Below, piece by piece: positions 1-64,000 of a DNA stretch of 64,000 nucleotides. The notes under the pieces were generated by a model that was not told the origin of the DNA, did not search any database, and saw only the letters and a program-made list of their open reading frames with translations. The translations under genes and the position numbers were made by a program. Each line of letters starts with the position of its first letter. The first letter of the stretch is position 1. Location: assembly GCF_009914755.1 (NCBI RefSeq), contig NC_060943.1. One strand, 5' to 3'. The stretch is from the human T2T-CHM13v2.0 reference genome, Homo sapiens.

Positions 1-1878
1 TTCTGAGATGATCGGGCAGTGTCAGTCTTCAGCTGCTAAGCCGAGAAGATCTGGGAAGGAGTCAGTCAGAGATCCTTGGGCCAGAGTTCTAGGGGCTCTG
101 GAAGTGGCTGCCAGGTGAGTTGAACAGTCCGATTTTCAGTGGGGTCCCACACAGATGGAACAGAGCTTGGGAGGAATCCCAGGCTGTGGGCATTCCTTTG
201 CCCAGTGGCCAAATTTCCAGCACTTGTAGCAAGTTCCTGGGGGAGGAGGTTCTGGAGGAACCCCTGGCTGCTGCGGTTCAGGCATTTGGAGTTCTTGCGT
301 GCTGGAGATGTGGCTGGGGTTTCTCTCACAGTGGAGGTAAGGAATTGCAACTCAGAAATATATTGTTACTTAGCTGCCTATACTTTATTATTGTACACAT
401 TGAAGGCGAGGCTAATTAAGTCCTGTTGCGGGGTTTGAGGGCCGGAATTTAATTTTTGGAGTTTTATTTAATGTCAGGAGCAGACTGGGTAATAAAATGT
501 ATATTGAGAATAAGACGGCCTCTTGACCTTCTAGGGTCTAGGGCTGTAAAGCATCTCAGGGTTGCTGTCAAACGAGCCATGAACTGGGCTGGGTTTTTAT
601 ATTTCATGAAAAAGAGCCTAAACGCTATCCAATTTGGGATAAAGAAAAAGGAACATTAACCTGGACTATGCCTTTAGCTCCAGCCACCTTTTTAAGAGGA
701 AATTGCTGGGCAGGTGGGGGAGGGCTAGTCACAGAACAAAACTGTAAGCCGGACCAGGTGTGAGGAGGGGAGGTGATAAAAGGATTGTAGGGTAGGGGAG
801 CAGAGGCTGAGGAAGAATTGGGACCTAGCTCAGCCTGGTGAGGAGCAGCCTTGGGGAGAAGGGGAGAGGTCAGATGGGTCTGTAGAAAAGGAAGATTGGA
901 AAGAGGAAAGACTCAGCAATGCTTGGGGTTGGGACTGAGGGACAGGCAGCAGGGAAAGAAGGAAGATTTAGGACGAGTTGCATTGGGAACAGAGACTAGG
1001 GAGGGACCGATGTGTAAAAGAATGCCTGGACATCAGGCACCTCAGACCGTTTGCCCATTTTACGGCAAGAATTATTTAGATCTTGTAGGATGGAAAAATC
1101 GAAAGTGCTGTTTTCTGGCCATTTAGAGCCATTGTCAAGTTGGTATTGGGGCCAAGTGGTGTTGCAGAAGAAAACAAGGGGTTTAGGTTTTAGGTCAGGT
1201 GTGAGTTGAAGAGGTTTTAAGTTTTTGAGAACACAGGCTCAGGGAGAAGAGGGAGGAATGGAGGGTGGAAGGTAGCCCATAGTGAAGGAGGCAAGCCCAG
1301 AGAAAAGAGAGAGTAGAGACACAGAAGGGGTGGGGGGTGATTACCCCCCAGGAAAGTGGAGAAGGGGTAGAGACATGGAGAGAAGGGGTTGGGGGGTTCT
1401 TGCCCCCCAAAAAAGTGGTACTTGCTGCTAAGGGTGAAGGACCAAGGCAGGCATCCCCACATGGTCAGACACCTCTGAAATGTGGGTGAATAATCAGGCA
1501 GGCGTCCCCACACAATTAAACACCAAGGGAAGACTGTCTTCCCGAGTCTGTGACTGGTGCCGGAGTTTTGGGTTCACGGATAAAACGCGTCTCCTTTGTC
1601 TCTACCAGAAAAGGAAAGGAACTGAAATTAAGAGAAGGGAGAGATTGAAGTGTGAAGCCAAGATTGAAAGGAGAAAGAGGTTGAGGGATAGTGAGAGGGG
1701 TTGGAGAAGAGAGTAAAAAGAGACCGCTTACCTGATTTAAAATTGATGAGATGTTCCTTGGGCTGGTCAGTCTGAGGACCTGAGGTCATAGGTGGATCTT
1801 TCTCGCGGGACAAAGAGCAGGAGGACAGGGGATTGATCTCCCAAGGGAGGTCCCCCGATCGGAGTCATGGCACCAAAA
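1..1878 (-). mobile_element. HERV-H internal sequence (leader and degenerate gag), continues off the left edge
   Basis: Minus strand has a His-tRNA primer binding site at 1858-1875. It also encodes a gag zinc knuckle CYKCWKFGHWAKEC (190-231) and a second knuckle broken by TGA (124-162). Confidence 0.92.
1858..1875 (-). other. tRNA-His primer binding site of HERV-H
   Basis: Minus strand TGGTGCCATGACTCCGAT matches 16/18 to the complement of the tRNA-His 3' end (TGGTGCCGTGACTCGGAT), directly after the LTR. Confidence 0.9.
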
Positions 1879-2296
1879 TATTTCACTCGCGTCCGTGTGA
1901 AGAGACCACCAAACAGGCTTTGTGTGAGCAACAGGGCTGTTTACTTCACCTGGGTGCAGGCGGGCTGAGTCGGAAAAGAGAGTCAGGGAACGGAGATAGG
2001 GGTGGGGCCGTTTTACAAGATTTGGGTATGTAAAGGAAAATTACAGTCAAAGGGGGAGGTTGTTCTCTGGCTGGCAGGGGTGGGGGTCACAAGGTGCTCA
2101 GTAGGGGAGCTTTTGAGCCAGGATGAGCCAAGAGAAGGAATTTCCCAAGATAATGTCATCAGTTAAGGCAGAAACAGGCCATTTTCACTTCTTTTGTGGT
2201 GGAATGTCATCAGTTAAGGCAGGAACCCGCCATCTGGATGTGTACGTGCAGGTCACAGGGGATATGATGGCTTAGCTTGGGCTCAGAGGCCTGACA
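1879..2296 (-). mobile_element. LTR7-family 5' LTR of HERV-H
   Basis: Minus strand begins TGTCAGGCCTCTGAGCCCAAGCTAAGCCATCATATCCCCTGTGACC and ends ...GGACGCGAGTGAAA next to the PBS. Confidence 0.92.
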
Positions 2297-3000
2297 CTAA
2301 CCATTGTCTGAGCATTAGGGCCATTCATTTCCCCCTAAAAATCACTGAATATCACGCAAATTGCCATATTTCCCCCATGTCCCCTTCCCCTATGAAAAAG
2401 GCTAAGAAGTATCTGTACCCCATTGGGTTATTGGGTAATCAGTCTCCTGTGAGTCCCCTGGGCAATGCATGTTAAAAATACATTTATATGCTGCCTTCTT
2501 CTACTAGTCTGCCTTTTGTCACTTCATTTTCAGTGAACCTTCAGAGGGTGACTGAGGATGTGTTCCCTCTTTGCCCCTACACAGCCAAAGTGGTTAACAT
2601 CTCCCCCGAAATCCTTTACAGGCATACAAAAATCATATTACAAACCCTCCATTCCATCCCCAGTTCATACCCCAGCCACCTCCTCTATCTGACCCTCACA
2701 CATCAATCTGCCTGAATCACTCAGGGCCAGGTACTGGACCACTGAAGACCAGCCGCGCATTCTTGAGTCTCTGACATCATTCAAAGCGGCCAATCCTGAG
2801 CTGTTTCCCCTTCCCTGCCTTGCCTTTCCCATGGAAACCGCAATAAAGGCCCTGGCCTAGGCTTTCCCTCTCTCTCCCACCTGCTGACCGAACCTGGTGC
2901 TTTCCCCTGCATGGCATGGCATGCGCCCGTCTCTCAGGAAGTGTAGGTAATCAATTCTTTCAAAGGCATCAACTTCATGTTGTCACTCAGTCACTTCCAG
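2297..3000 (+). mobile_element. Older LTR fragments (ERV1 MER4-group-like 3' end to ~2581, then an ERVL-like LTR piece)
   Basis: LTR-type terminus ...CAGTGAACCTTCAGAGGG...TTGCCCCTACA at ~2581; AATAAA-bearing LTR-like piece near 2840. Subfamily uncertain. Confidence 0.5.
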
Positions 3001-3014
3001 AAGATTAAATCTCA

Positions 3015-10932
<7,918 letters not shown>

Positions 10933-11126
10933 CAAAAGTTTGGGCACCCGTGATAGTCTACCCCAGTCTATATATGATCGATTCTTCTTTATGGCATTGT
11001 TTAACATATTCCTCTGTTCCCTGCCTTTCCTGTACACCAGTAGTTACACGTGGAAGCCGAATAATTTCAGGTTCAATTATTTTGGTGAAAATACTTCCTA
11101 GGTCTGCGTCCTTCCACCAGCAGACA

Positions 11127-11296
11127 CATCAGGTCTCGTTGTCTTTATTGTGTGAGACTCACATCCTATTGGCCACAGGAAGTCATATGACCAAGCCTGA
11201 CATCAGTGAGTCAGGGAATGTATTTGACATACTCAAGAGGACCTGTAAAGTCACATGGTACAGTCATGGATGTATAATTCTATAACAAGGAGGAAG
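11127..11296 (-). repeat. Left arm of a 170-bp inverted duplication (MLT1-like MaLR fragment plus flank)
   Basis: Reverse complement matches 12875-13044 with about 11 mismatches by eye and no gaps. Confidence 0.9.
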
Positions 11297-11364
11297 TGGA
11301 GATTTGGAAACAATAATTCAAGCTACCATGAGGGCGTTTTTGTTTTGTTTTGTTTTGTTTTTTA

Positions 11365-12410
<1,046 letters not shown>

Positions 12411-12874
12411 ACTCTATGAGTCACAGAGAGGTTAAGTAATTTGTTCAAGGTTCTGCAGCTGGTAAATGATGGGATTAGAATGCAGGCAGCCTGGCTCCAG
12501 AGCCCACTATAGGAAAACACTGGAGCCCACTTAATGGGGCTGCTGTGACATTCCAATGTGAACAGGAATGCCAAGGGCTCAGGACAGCGCTTGGCACAGG
12601 ATCTGTGCATCATGCTTGGAACTGGTGCTGTTTATTTCCATCACCTGATTCTGGGTTGGCCTTGGCTTGGGTTTGGAGGGATTTTCTGCCCCTGGCAGTG
12701 TTCCAGGGGTGGCAGCTGGACTTTTTAAATCCAAGGACCTTGTTAGGAGTCAGAGTTGGGCAAGGGGAGACTGGAGATAAAATCCGATCACAAGAGGTAG
12801 CTATGAATAGGTCAGGAGCAATTCTCCCCAGCCTTGAGCAGTAGGGAGGATGAGTCAACGGAAGTGAACTCACT

Positions 12875-13044
12875 CTTCCTCCTTGTTATAGAATTATACA
12901 TCCATGACTGTACCATGTGACTTTACATGTCTTCTTGAGTATGTCAAATACATTCCCTGACCCACTGAGGTCAGGGTTGGTCATGTGACTTCCTGTGGCC
13001 AATAGGATGTGAGTCATACCCAATAAAGATAACCAGACCTGATG
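12875..13044 (+). repeat. Right arm of the 170-bp inverted duplication
   Basis: See 11127-11296. Confidence 0.9.
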
Positions 13045-13379
13045 GTAAGTAGAATATCCATGAAGATGTGCAGGAGACTATGGCCAGCAACACTGGCTTA
13101 TCAGAACTGGGTTCATGCACAGTTCTGAGTTTTTGTTGCTGAACCCTCTTTCCCTGTCAATAAGACAAGCATTTATTCCCCAGTATCCCAAGGCCTATGA
13201 CTCCACCTCCAGGCTGCCACTCATAGGTGGAGCTCACCTGGCACCTGCAGCTGGAACATCTACTTATCACCTTTCCATGTGGCTCCTTGGGCTTCCTCAC
13301 ATCATGGCAGCTAGGTCCCAGGGGCTATGGGACCTAGCTAGATATTGTGCTTCATAGCTAGATACGGTGCTATGAAGAG

Positions 13380-13965
13380 TGTGGCAGTTGACATTTCCTG
13401 GAAATGGTCACAGTAATATTTTGAGTCTCACATGCTCTCCCTTGTGGTAGCTTGCTCCTCCCATCAAAAGGCAGAGTATTTTCCTCTTCTTGAAGCTGGG
13501 CAGAACTTTGTGATTGCCTTGACAGAGGGGAAAAAAAGGGTTGGGGGGTGCAGAAGTGACACTATATGCCTGTGTGACTTCCAAGGCTAAGTCATAAAAG
13601 CAGACACGGCTTTTTCTTGTCCTTTCCCTTCCCTTCCCTTCTCTCTCTCAGCCTCCCTCTCCCTACCCCCTCCCCACCACTGGCCTCTGGGACATAGCTG
13701 CCATGATATGAGGAAGCCCAAGCAGCCACAGGGAAAGGTCACAAGTAGAAGTTCCGGCCACAGGGCCTAGGTAAGGTCCCAGCTGATAGGCAGCATCAAC
13801 TGCCAGACAGGTGAGTGAGAAAGCTTCAGATCATTCCAGTCCACAGCCTTTTAAGCCACCCCAAGGGGTGTCAAGTGCAGGAAAGATGAGCCATCCCTGC
13901 TGAGCCCTGCCCAGATTGCAGATCTGTAAGCAAAGCAAATCTTTTCACTGGGGTGGTTTGTAAAC
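13380..13965 (+). mobile_element. MLT1-family MaLR LTR
   Basis: Typical MLT1 motifs GAAGTGACACTATATG, GCCATGATATGAGGAAGCCCAAG, GAGCCCTGCCCAGATTGCAGAT. Confidence 0.65.
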
Positions 13966-14142
13966 TAGGGAAGTTCCAGCTCTTTCCTAGTTGAAGACTT
14001 TTCCCTTCTTTAAAACCTAACTCAGGCCGGGCACAGTGGCTCATGCCTGTAATCCCAGCACTTTGCAAGGCCAAGGCAGTTGGATCACTTGAGGTCAGGA
14101 GTTTGAGACCAGCCTGGCCAACATGGCAAAACCCCATCTCTA

Positions 14143-14304
<162 letters not shown>

Positions 14305-14339
14305 TCAGAAAACAAACAAACAAACAAACAAAAAACACC

Positions 14340-14995
14340 TAACTCAGATGTTGCTTTCCTGCTTAAAAGCCTCCCATGTTCCCATCTCCTTCAGAGTAAA
14401 AGCCGAAGTCTATACTTAATCTAAAAGATCCTTCCTACATGATCTGCCAATACCACGGTTTCCTGTCAACATTGACTCTCTAACCTCTTATCCCACTCTC
14501 CCCATCCACCCCTCTGCTCCAGCCACACTGGCCTCCTTGCTGATTCTTAAACTTACCAAGCAAGTCCCACCTCAGGGCCTTTGCACTTGCTGTTCTCCCA
14601 GCTCAGAAGGCTCTTCCCCCAGAACTCTATATAGCTCCCACCTCATGATCAGGTCTTTGCTCAAATGTCATCTTCTCAATAAGCCCTTCCATGACCACAC
14701 TATTTAAAATTACAACTCCCCCTCCCTCCCCACAAAATAAATCACTCCCATCCTTATTCCCTGGGTTCCATTTCTGCAGAGCACTTAGCATAATCTAATG
14801 GATTGCATATTTCACTTATGTTTCTTGTGTATAATCTGTCTGCCCAACTAGAGTGTAAGTTCCATGAGGGCAGGTGAGGGATCTCTATCTGTCTTGGTCA
14901 CTGCTGTATCCCCAGTGCCTACAACAGTGCCAGGCATATGTTCACCACTCTGTGAATATTTGTTGGTATAAATGGAAGGAATGAATGGATTAATG
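14340..14995 (+). mobile_element. LINE2 3' fragment
   Basis: CCTCAGGGCCTTTGCACTTGCTG, GTAAGTTCCATGAGGGCAGG, and a terminal GAATGAATG tail. Confidence 0.75.
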
Positions 14996-15344
14996 GGTGC
15001 ATATATTGTTGGAAGAATAGATCCAAGGGAAAGGAAAGAGGAGGGTAACAGGAAAAGAGCCCAACTCACCCTAAAAACATGAAGGCTTCCATTTGCCAAA
15101 GGCAGAAGATACTTAAAAAAAAAAATCTTATCTCCACAACCAGATGATCAACCAACTAATCAATCACTCTCCAAACCATGTCCCTCTTGCCTCCTAAACA
15201 TTTCTTGTTTCTTCCAACATTTTATTATGAGCAATTGCAGGCATGCAGAAAAGTTGAAGGATTTTACAATGAACACCTTTACCCCAATCACCTAGACTCC
15301 ACTCTAAACATTTTACTATCTTTGCTTAATTATATTTCTATACA

Positions 15345-15622
15345 TTTATCCATCCCTCCATCCATCCCTCCATCCCTCCATTCTTCCATCCACCCATTAC
15401 TCCATCCATCCATCCATTACTCCATCCATTCATCTCTCCTTCCATCCATTACACCACCCATCCATCCATCCATCCATCACACCATCCATCCACCCAACCA
15501 TCCATCCATCCATTTATCCATCCCTCCATCCATCCCTCCATCCATTCATCTCTCCATCCATCCATTACTCCATCCATTCATCCATCCATCCATCCATCCA
15601 TCCATCCATCCATCCATCCCTC
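15345..15622. repeat. (TCCA)n degenerate simple repeat within L1 remnants
   Basis: Direct inspection. Confidence 0.9.
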
Positions 15623-16708
15623 CAGCTTAATTTTGATGCAGTTCAGTGAAAGTTGCAGACACCAGTACACTGCCCCCTAAGTCCTTCAGAGTGTCTATCA
15701 GTATTTGTTTACCATTCTTTATTTTCTATTTTGAAGTAAAGTTTACATACAAGATGTGCAAATCTGAAGTGTGCCATTCACTGAGTTTTGACAAATTCAT
15801 ATACCCGTATAACGCAAACTTCTGTCAAGATAAAGAAGCACTCCCCTGATGTTTTTTCCACTATACATGAGCCTTACTTGTTCTGGAATTTCATTTAAGT
15901 GAAATTGCATAATACATTCTTTACTGTGTCTAGCTTCTTTCGTTCATCATAAGGTTTTTGAGAGTCATCCATGATATATGTGTATCAATACTTCATTTTT
16001 TTTTGTTGCTGATAGTATTCACTGCATGGGCATACCACAATTTGCTTATCCATTCTACTAATGATGAACCTCAATATCTCTTCAATCCACCCCCTTTCCT
16101 TCATCTCCATGGCCCCTTCCCTGGCCCAGGCATCTCTTCTTTACACCCAGGTCTCCACTCCAGCCCAGCCTCCTTCTTGCTCTCTGATCTCTAATCTCAC
16201 TCCCTGTCATCCACCTTCCAGAGGATTTTGTTTTGTTTTGTTTCGTTTTGTTTTGTTTTTTAATACAGGGTCTCTGTCACCCAGGCTGGAGTAAATGGCA
16301 GGATCATAGCTCACTGCAGCCTCAACTTCCTGGATTCAATCAATCCTCTTCCCTGAGCCTCCTGAGTAGCTGAGACTACAGGTGCATGCCACCATGCCCA
16401 GCTAATTTTTAAATTTTTTAAAGAGATGGGCTCTCACTATGTTGCTCAGGCTTGTCTCAAACTCCTGGCCTCAAGCAATCCTCCTGCCTTGGCCTCCCAA
16501 ACCTGGGATTACAAGTGTGAACTACCACACCCAGCTCCCAGAGGAATCCTTATCAGGCACATGTTGTGTTCTGTCCTGCTCAAAACTCGGCCATGGCTCC
16601 CCAGTGCTCCCTGGGGAATGCCCGAGATTCTTTAATGGCTTTCAGACTTGGTTTGATCTCACCCCGATGCACCCCTCCACCATCACTTCCCATCTCCTCT
16701 CTTTATAA

Positions 16709-17017
<309 letters not shown>

Positions 17018-17026
17018 TAGAGGCCG

Positions 17027-17336
<310 letters not shown>

Positions 17337-18405
17337 AAGAGATAGAGGCCGGGTGCAGTGGCTCATGCCTCTAATCCCAGCTCTTTGGGAGGTTGAGATG
17401 GGCGGATCACCTGAGGTCTGGATTTTGAGACCATTTTGGCCAACATGGTGAAACCCCATCTCTACTAAAAATACAAAAATTAGCCAGGCGTGATGTCAGA
17501 TGCCTGTAATCCCAGCTACTAAGGAGGCCAAGGCAGGAGAATTGCTTGAACCTGGGAGGCAGAGGTTGCAGTGAGCCAAATCGCACCAATGAACTCCAGC
17601 CTAGGCGACAAGAGCAACACTCAGTCTCAAAAAATAAATAAATACATACATAAATAAAATAAAAATTAAGAGATGGGATCTTGCTATGTTGCCCAGGCTG
17701 GTCTCAAACTCCTGGCCTCAAATGATCCTCCCCCTTCAGCCTCCTGAGTCATTGAGATTACAGTTGAGAGCCACTGCACTCGGCTGTCCCCAACCCTCTC
17801 TCTGCTTGCCTCACTGTTATTCCTTCTTAAGTCTGCATCCAAATGCCCCTTCCACAATAAACCTTTCTGACAGCCCCGACAGGGTGGGTAAGGTGCTTCC
17901 ACCAAGCTCCCACAGTTCCTGGCAGTTCAGACCACTCTACAATTTAATATTAAAAGGTCTTAAATTCCCACTTAACTTCAGTTCCAGGTACAAAACTTGT
18001 CTCTTCAAACAAGAACATATCCTTTAGCAAAAATTGGAAATCATTTTAACGGACACATTTCCCTTATTGCCTTAGCTGCTGGGAACCTCTGAGCGAAGTT
18101 TAACGCTAACCTACATCGTAGAGAGACACCTGTTGCATCTCTGTGTGTAAAGTGTTAGTTCTATTTTAATGTTTGTTGAAATAGTGCCAGCTTTTCTTGG
18201 GCACTGTAAATCCCTCCGATTGGCTCTCTGCTGTGACTCCCTCATACCAAAATCAATGAGTTCTTCCACTGAATCTATCATCCAACTACTGCCCCCTCCA
18301 AACTCTTCCAACACACCCACTGGAACTCTCGTTGTCTTGTTAACAACCACTCCCCTTCCTCAGTTTCTCCCTTGAACATCTCTTCTACCCCATGTCCTTA
18401 CCTAA

Positions 18406-18808
<403 letters not shown>

Positions 18809-18931
18809 TGAGGGTTGAAAGCTGATTTCTCTATCAAGATTCTTTTGGGTGCAAGTATCTAAAATCCATTCAAACGAATCTAAGCACAAAGCAAATAAGG
18901 CAATAGTGAATGAAGCAATATTTGACAAAAG

Positions 18932-18967
<36 letters not shown>

Positions 18968-19606
18968 GCCCATTGTGGGTTTCATTTGAAAAATCCAAGA
19001 ATTAAACTGGAGTTCAGGTATGGCTGGATCCAGGCACTCAAGTGCTGGTGTCAAAACTGCCTTTCACAATCGTTCATTTCTGCACAATCTCTTTTGCACT
19101 GAACCTCATCTCATAAAGCCTCTCCTCTCTTTGTGGCAGTGTGAGCCCCATCTGCTCCATCTGCCCAGCAATTCCAGCAGACATAGAAAATCCTCTTTCC
19201 TAATGGTTTCAGCAAATGTCTCAGGGTTGATTCTCATTGGGCTAAATTAGGTAACATGCCTTCCCTGAACCAATCACTGTGGCCAGGGAAGCAGACTCAA
19301 CTGATTAGCCAGGTTTGGATCCTATGTCCATCCCTGGAGCTGGTGAAGGCAGAGCAGTGGCCAAGCCCTATTCAAATTAAATAGATGAAGAGGACAGAGA
19401 AGTGGTTTCCCAAAAGAAAACAGAGTGGGGAACTGGCGTGAGCCGGGGAGCCGTGTGGATTCCTGGAGGAAGAGTGTGCTAAGCTGTGGGAACAGCAAGT
19501 GCAAAGGCCCTAAGGTGAGCAACTTGCCTGGCAAGTTCAAGGTTCAACAAGGCCACTTCTGCTGTAGTATCCTCTTCCCTGCCAACCAAATCCAGAATAG
19601 TGGTCC

Positions 19607-19607
<1 letters not shown>

Positions 19608-19645
<38 letters not shown>
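19608..19645. repeat. (CA)n microsatellite ~0.9 kb upstream of exon 1a
   Basis: Direct inspection. Confidence 0.95.
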
Positions 19646-19650
<5 letters not shown>

Positions 19651-20541
19651 TCCTTATCCAACTGTAATGCTTTCACCCTTGCTTGGTACCTTTGTACTTC
19701 TCCCTTCATAGTCGACTAGTTAAAAAAAAATACATTTCTCGGCTCTTTTTTGAAGTAGGTGTGATTGAGTTAAAACATATTTACTTGACATAAGCTTAAT
19801 TATTCATCAATGGGAACCTGAAAAGGGAGTCAGAGAGGCCAAGAGGTTAGGGTGGAGTAGAGGGGGTAGGGAAGGTAAGCTGGGGTGCAGAGGGTGCAGA
19901 CTGGAGGAATGGGGGCGAAGTGGGGTATGGGACTGGGGTGGCAGGGAGGGGCTGGGGAGAGAGAGAGAAGGGTAGGTGCCAGAGGGCCAAGGATTGTGGA
20001 ACTGGGGTGGGGTTGGGAGTTGGGGGGTGGGGAGGAGATGTGGGGTACTCTGTGAATACCTTAGAAGGGATAGAGGAGGCAGGGCTAGGGGTTTGGAAGG
20101 GGTGGGATTGGAGGTCAGAGGAGCTCAACTGGGGTTAGGAAATGGAAAGGTGAGAAGAGGTGGGGGTTAGAGGCTGGGGACTGGGGTCCAGAGAGCAGAG
20201 TGAACTGAGTGGGTTCAGAAGAGTACTGGCGTTGGCACTTCAGAGGCTGGACTAGAGAAGGCGCGTTCAGCCGACGGTGCGGGATACACTGCCGAGGAAG
20301 TCCGCGGCGAGGGGCGTGGTTGGGGGGTGTGTATTACACGGTATCCCCCCCTTGCCTTTCCAAGTCTTTCCCTCTGGTTCCGCCTCCTTTTCAGGAGTGA
20401 CATACCGTTGCCCAATCAGAGCCTCAGGCCTGGCGTGGCACAGCCAACCGCGCGGCGTGGGGAGGAGCTGGGGAGGGGGCTCGCAAGGCCGGGGAGGGGG
20501 CTAGGGGCCTCCGAGGGCTCCGGAGCGGCGACTGGCGAGCC

Positions 20542-63082
<42,541 letters not shown>

Positions 63083-64000
63083 GCCGGCTCCTCTCCCCAT
63101 CTGCCTTCTCCTCCCCCAGAAAGGACCTCAACCACACTCCACGCCGGCAGCCAACGCACAGGATGGGGGCGCCAGGAGAGGGGCCCCTCTCTCCTCTATG
63201 TACCCCCTGCCCACCTCGGGCCTACCTCAGCCCTCACCCCTCTGCCTGCTCCCAATCTGGGGGCTCTCTGGGGTGGTCTCAGCTCAGTGACCTCTGGGAG
63301 GTGGTCCCTGGCCCCCTCCTCCTTCTCTCAGGATTTCTCTTGGGGTTCTCAATACTTGGTTACCTCATTATCCCTTTCTCTGCCTCTCTTGGCTTTATTT
63401 TGGGGAATCAGGGGTGAGGAGGGTTGGGGGGGTCATATCTGTGTTTCCAGGTTCTGGGGAGAACAATGATCCACGGGTCAACGTGATCACATTTCCTTCT
63501 ATCCTTCTTGTATTATTATTTTTATTTTTGTCAATTTCATGATATGGTTTTTAATCATGATGAATTGCCTGGGGTCTGTAAGAATGTGGGACTCTGATCT
63601 TCCCCCTCTTCAGGTGTCAGTGCGGAGAGGCTCTGGGCCAGACCTCACCCCCAGTGACTTCCGATTGAGGCCAAAGACCCCAAGCTGCCCGCCAGCTCTG
63701 ACTGCCCCTTGCGCTCTGGGCTTCCTGCCGCCCCCAGCTTTGCCTGGACACTGACTTCATTCATGGTCCTCCTACTTCAGGGGCAGCCTCCCAGTTCCTC
63801 TGCTTCCAAACTATGCAACCTCCAACCTGCTCCAGTTCCAGACTGTATAACCTCTGACCTGCACTGGTTCTAGACCACACAACCTCCAATGTGGTCTGCT
63901 TTAGATCACCTTCTTCTTCTTCCTTCTTCCTCTTCCTCTTCCTCCTGCTCCTCTTCCTCTTCTTCTTCTTTTTTTTTTTTGACAGAGTCTTGCTCTGTCA

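Noticed and set aside
66-438. ORFs at the left edge
   Set aside because: Off-frame or antisense readings of degenerate HERV-H gag; the gag frame itself contains a stop at 136-138.
63481-63485. Isolated ACGTG cores in the 3' UTR and elsewhere
   Set aside because: A 5-mer is expected frequently by chance, and there is no supporting context.

Overview
Human genomic DNA. Alu-dense, with a human-specific AluYb8; the locus is recognised as chr19q13.32. The window holds the whole coding region of HIF3A (hypoxia-inducible factor 3 alpha, bHLH-PAS) on the + strand. I reconstructed 15 GT-AG exons from ATG 20542 to TGA 63082 (2010 nt, 669 aa; LXXLL motif, ODD motif LEMLAPYI with Pro492, no C-TAD). There are two further first exons, intron-7 and intron-13 read-through ends, and an Alu-derived terminal exon. 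The upstream 20 kb is mostly repeats, beginning with the 5' part of a minus-strand HERV-H provirus. Top observation: intron 3 contains an intact, splice-site-flanked, frame-restoring 56-nt exon (30138-30193) resembling mouse IPAS exon 4a. Together with the +14 nt alternative acceptor and open shifted frame of exon 3, this suggests a latent human IPAS-type splicing module built from a MaLR fragment. Other observations: exon 2 is open in all three frames with an overlapping uORF; a MIR-derived in-frame acceptor precedes the ODD; intron 8 has an Alu-mediated tandem duplication; there is a 170-bp inverted duplication upstream, an intronic U6 retrocopy, and a possibly APOBEC-edited solo LTR10 just before the last exon. 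Repeat subfamily names and literature matches are from memory and need database confirmation.
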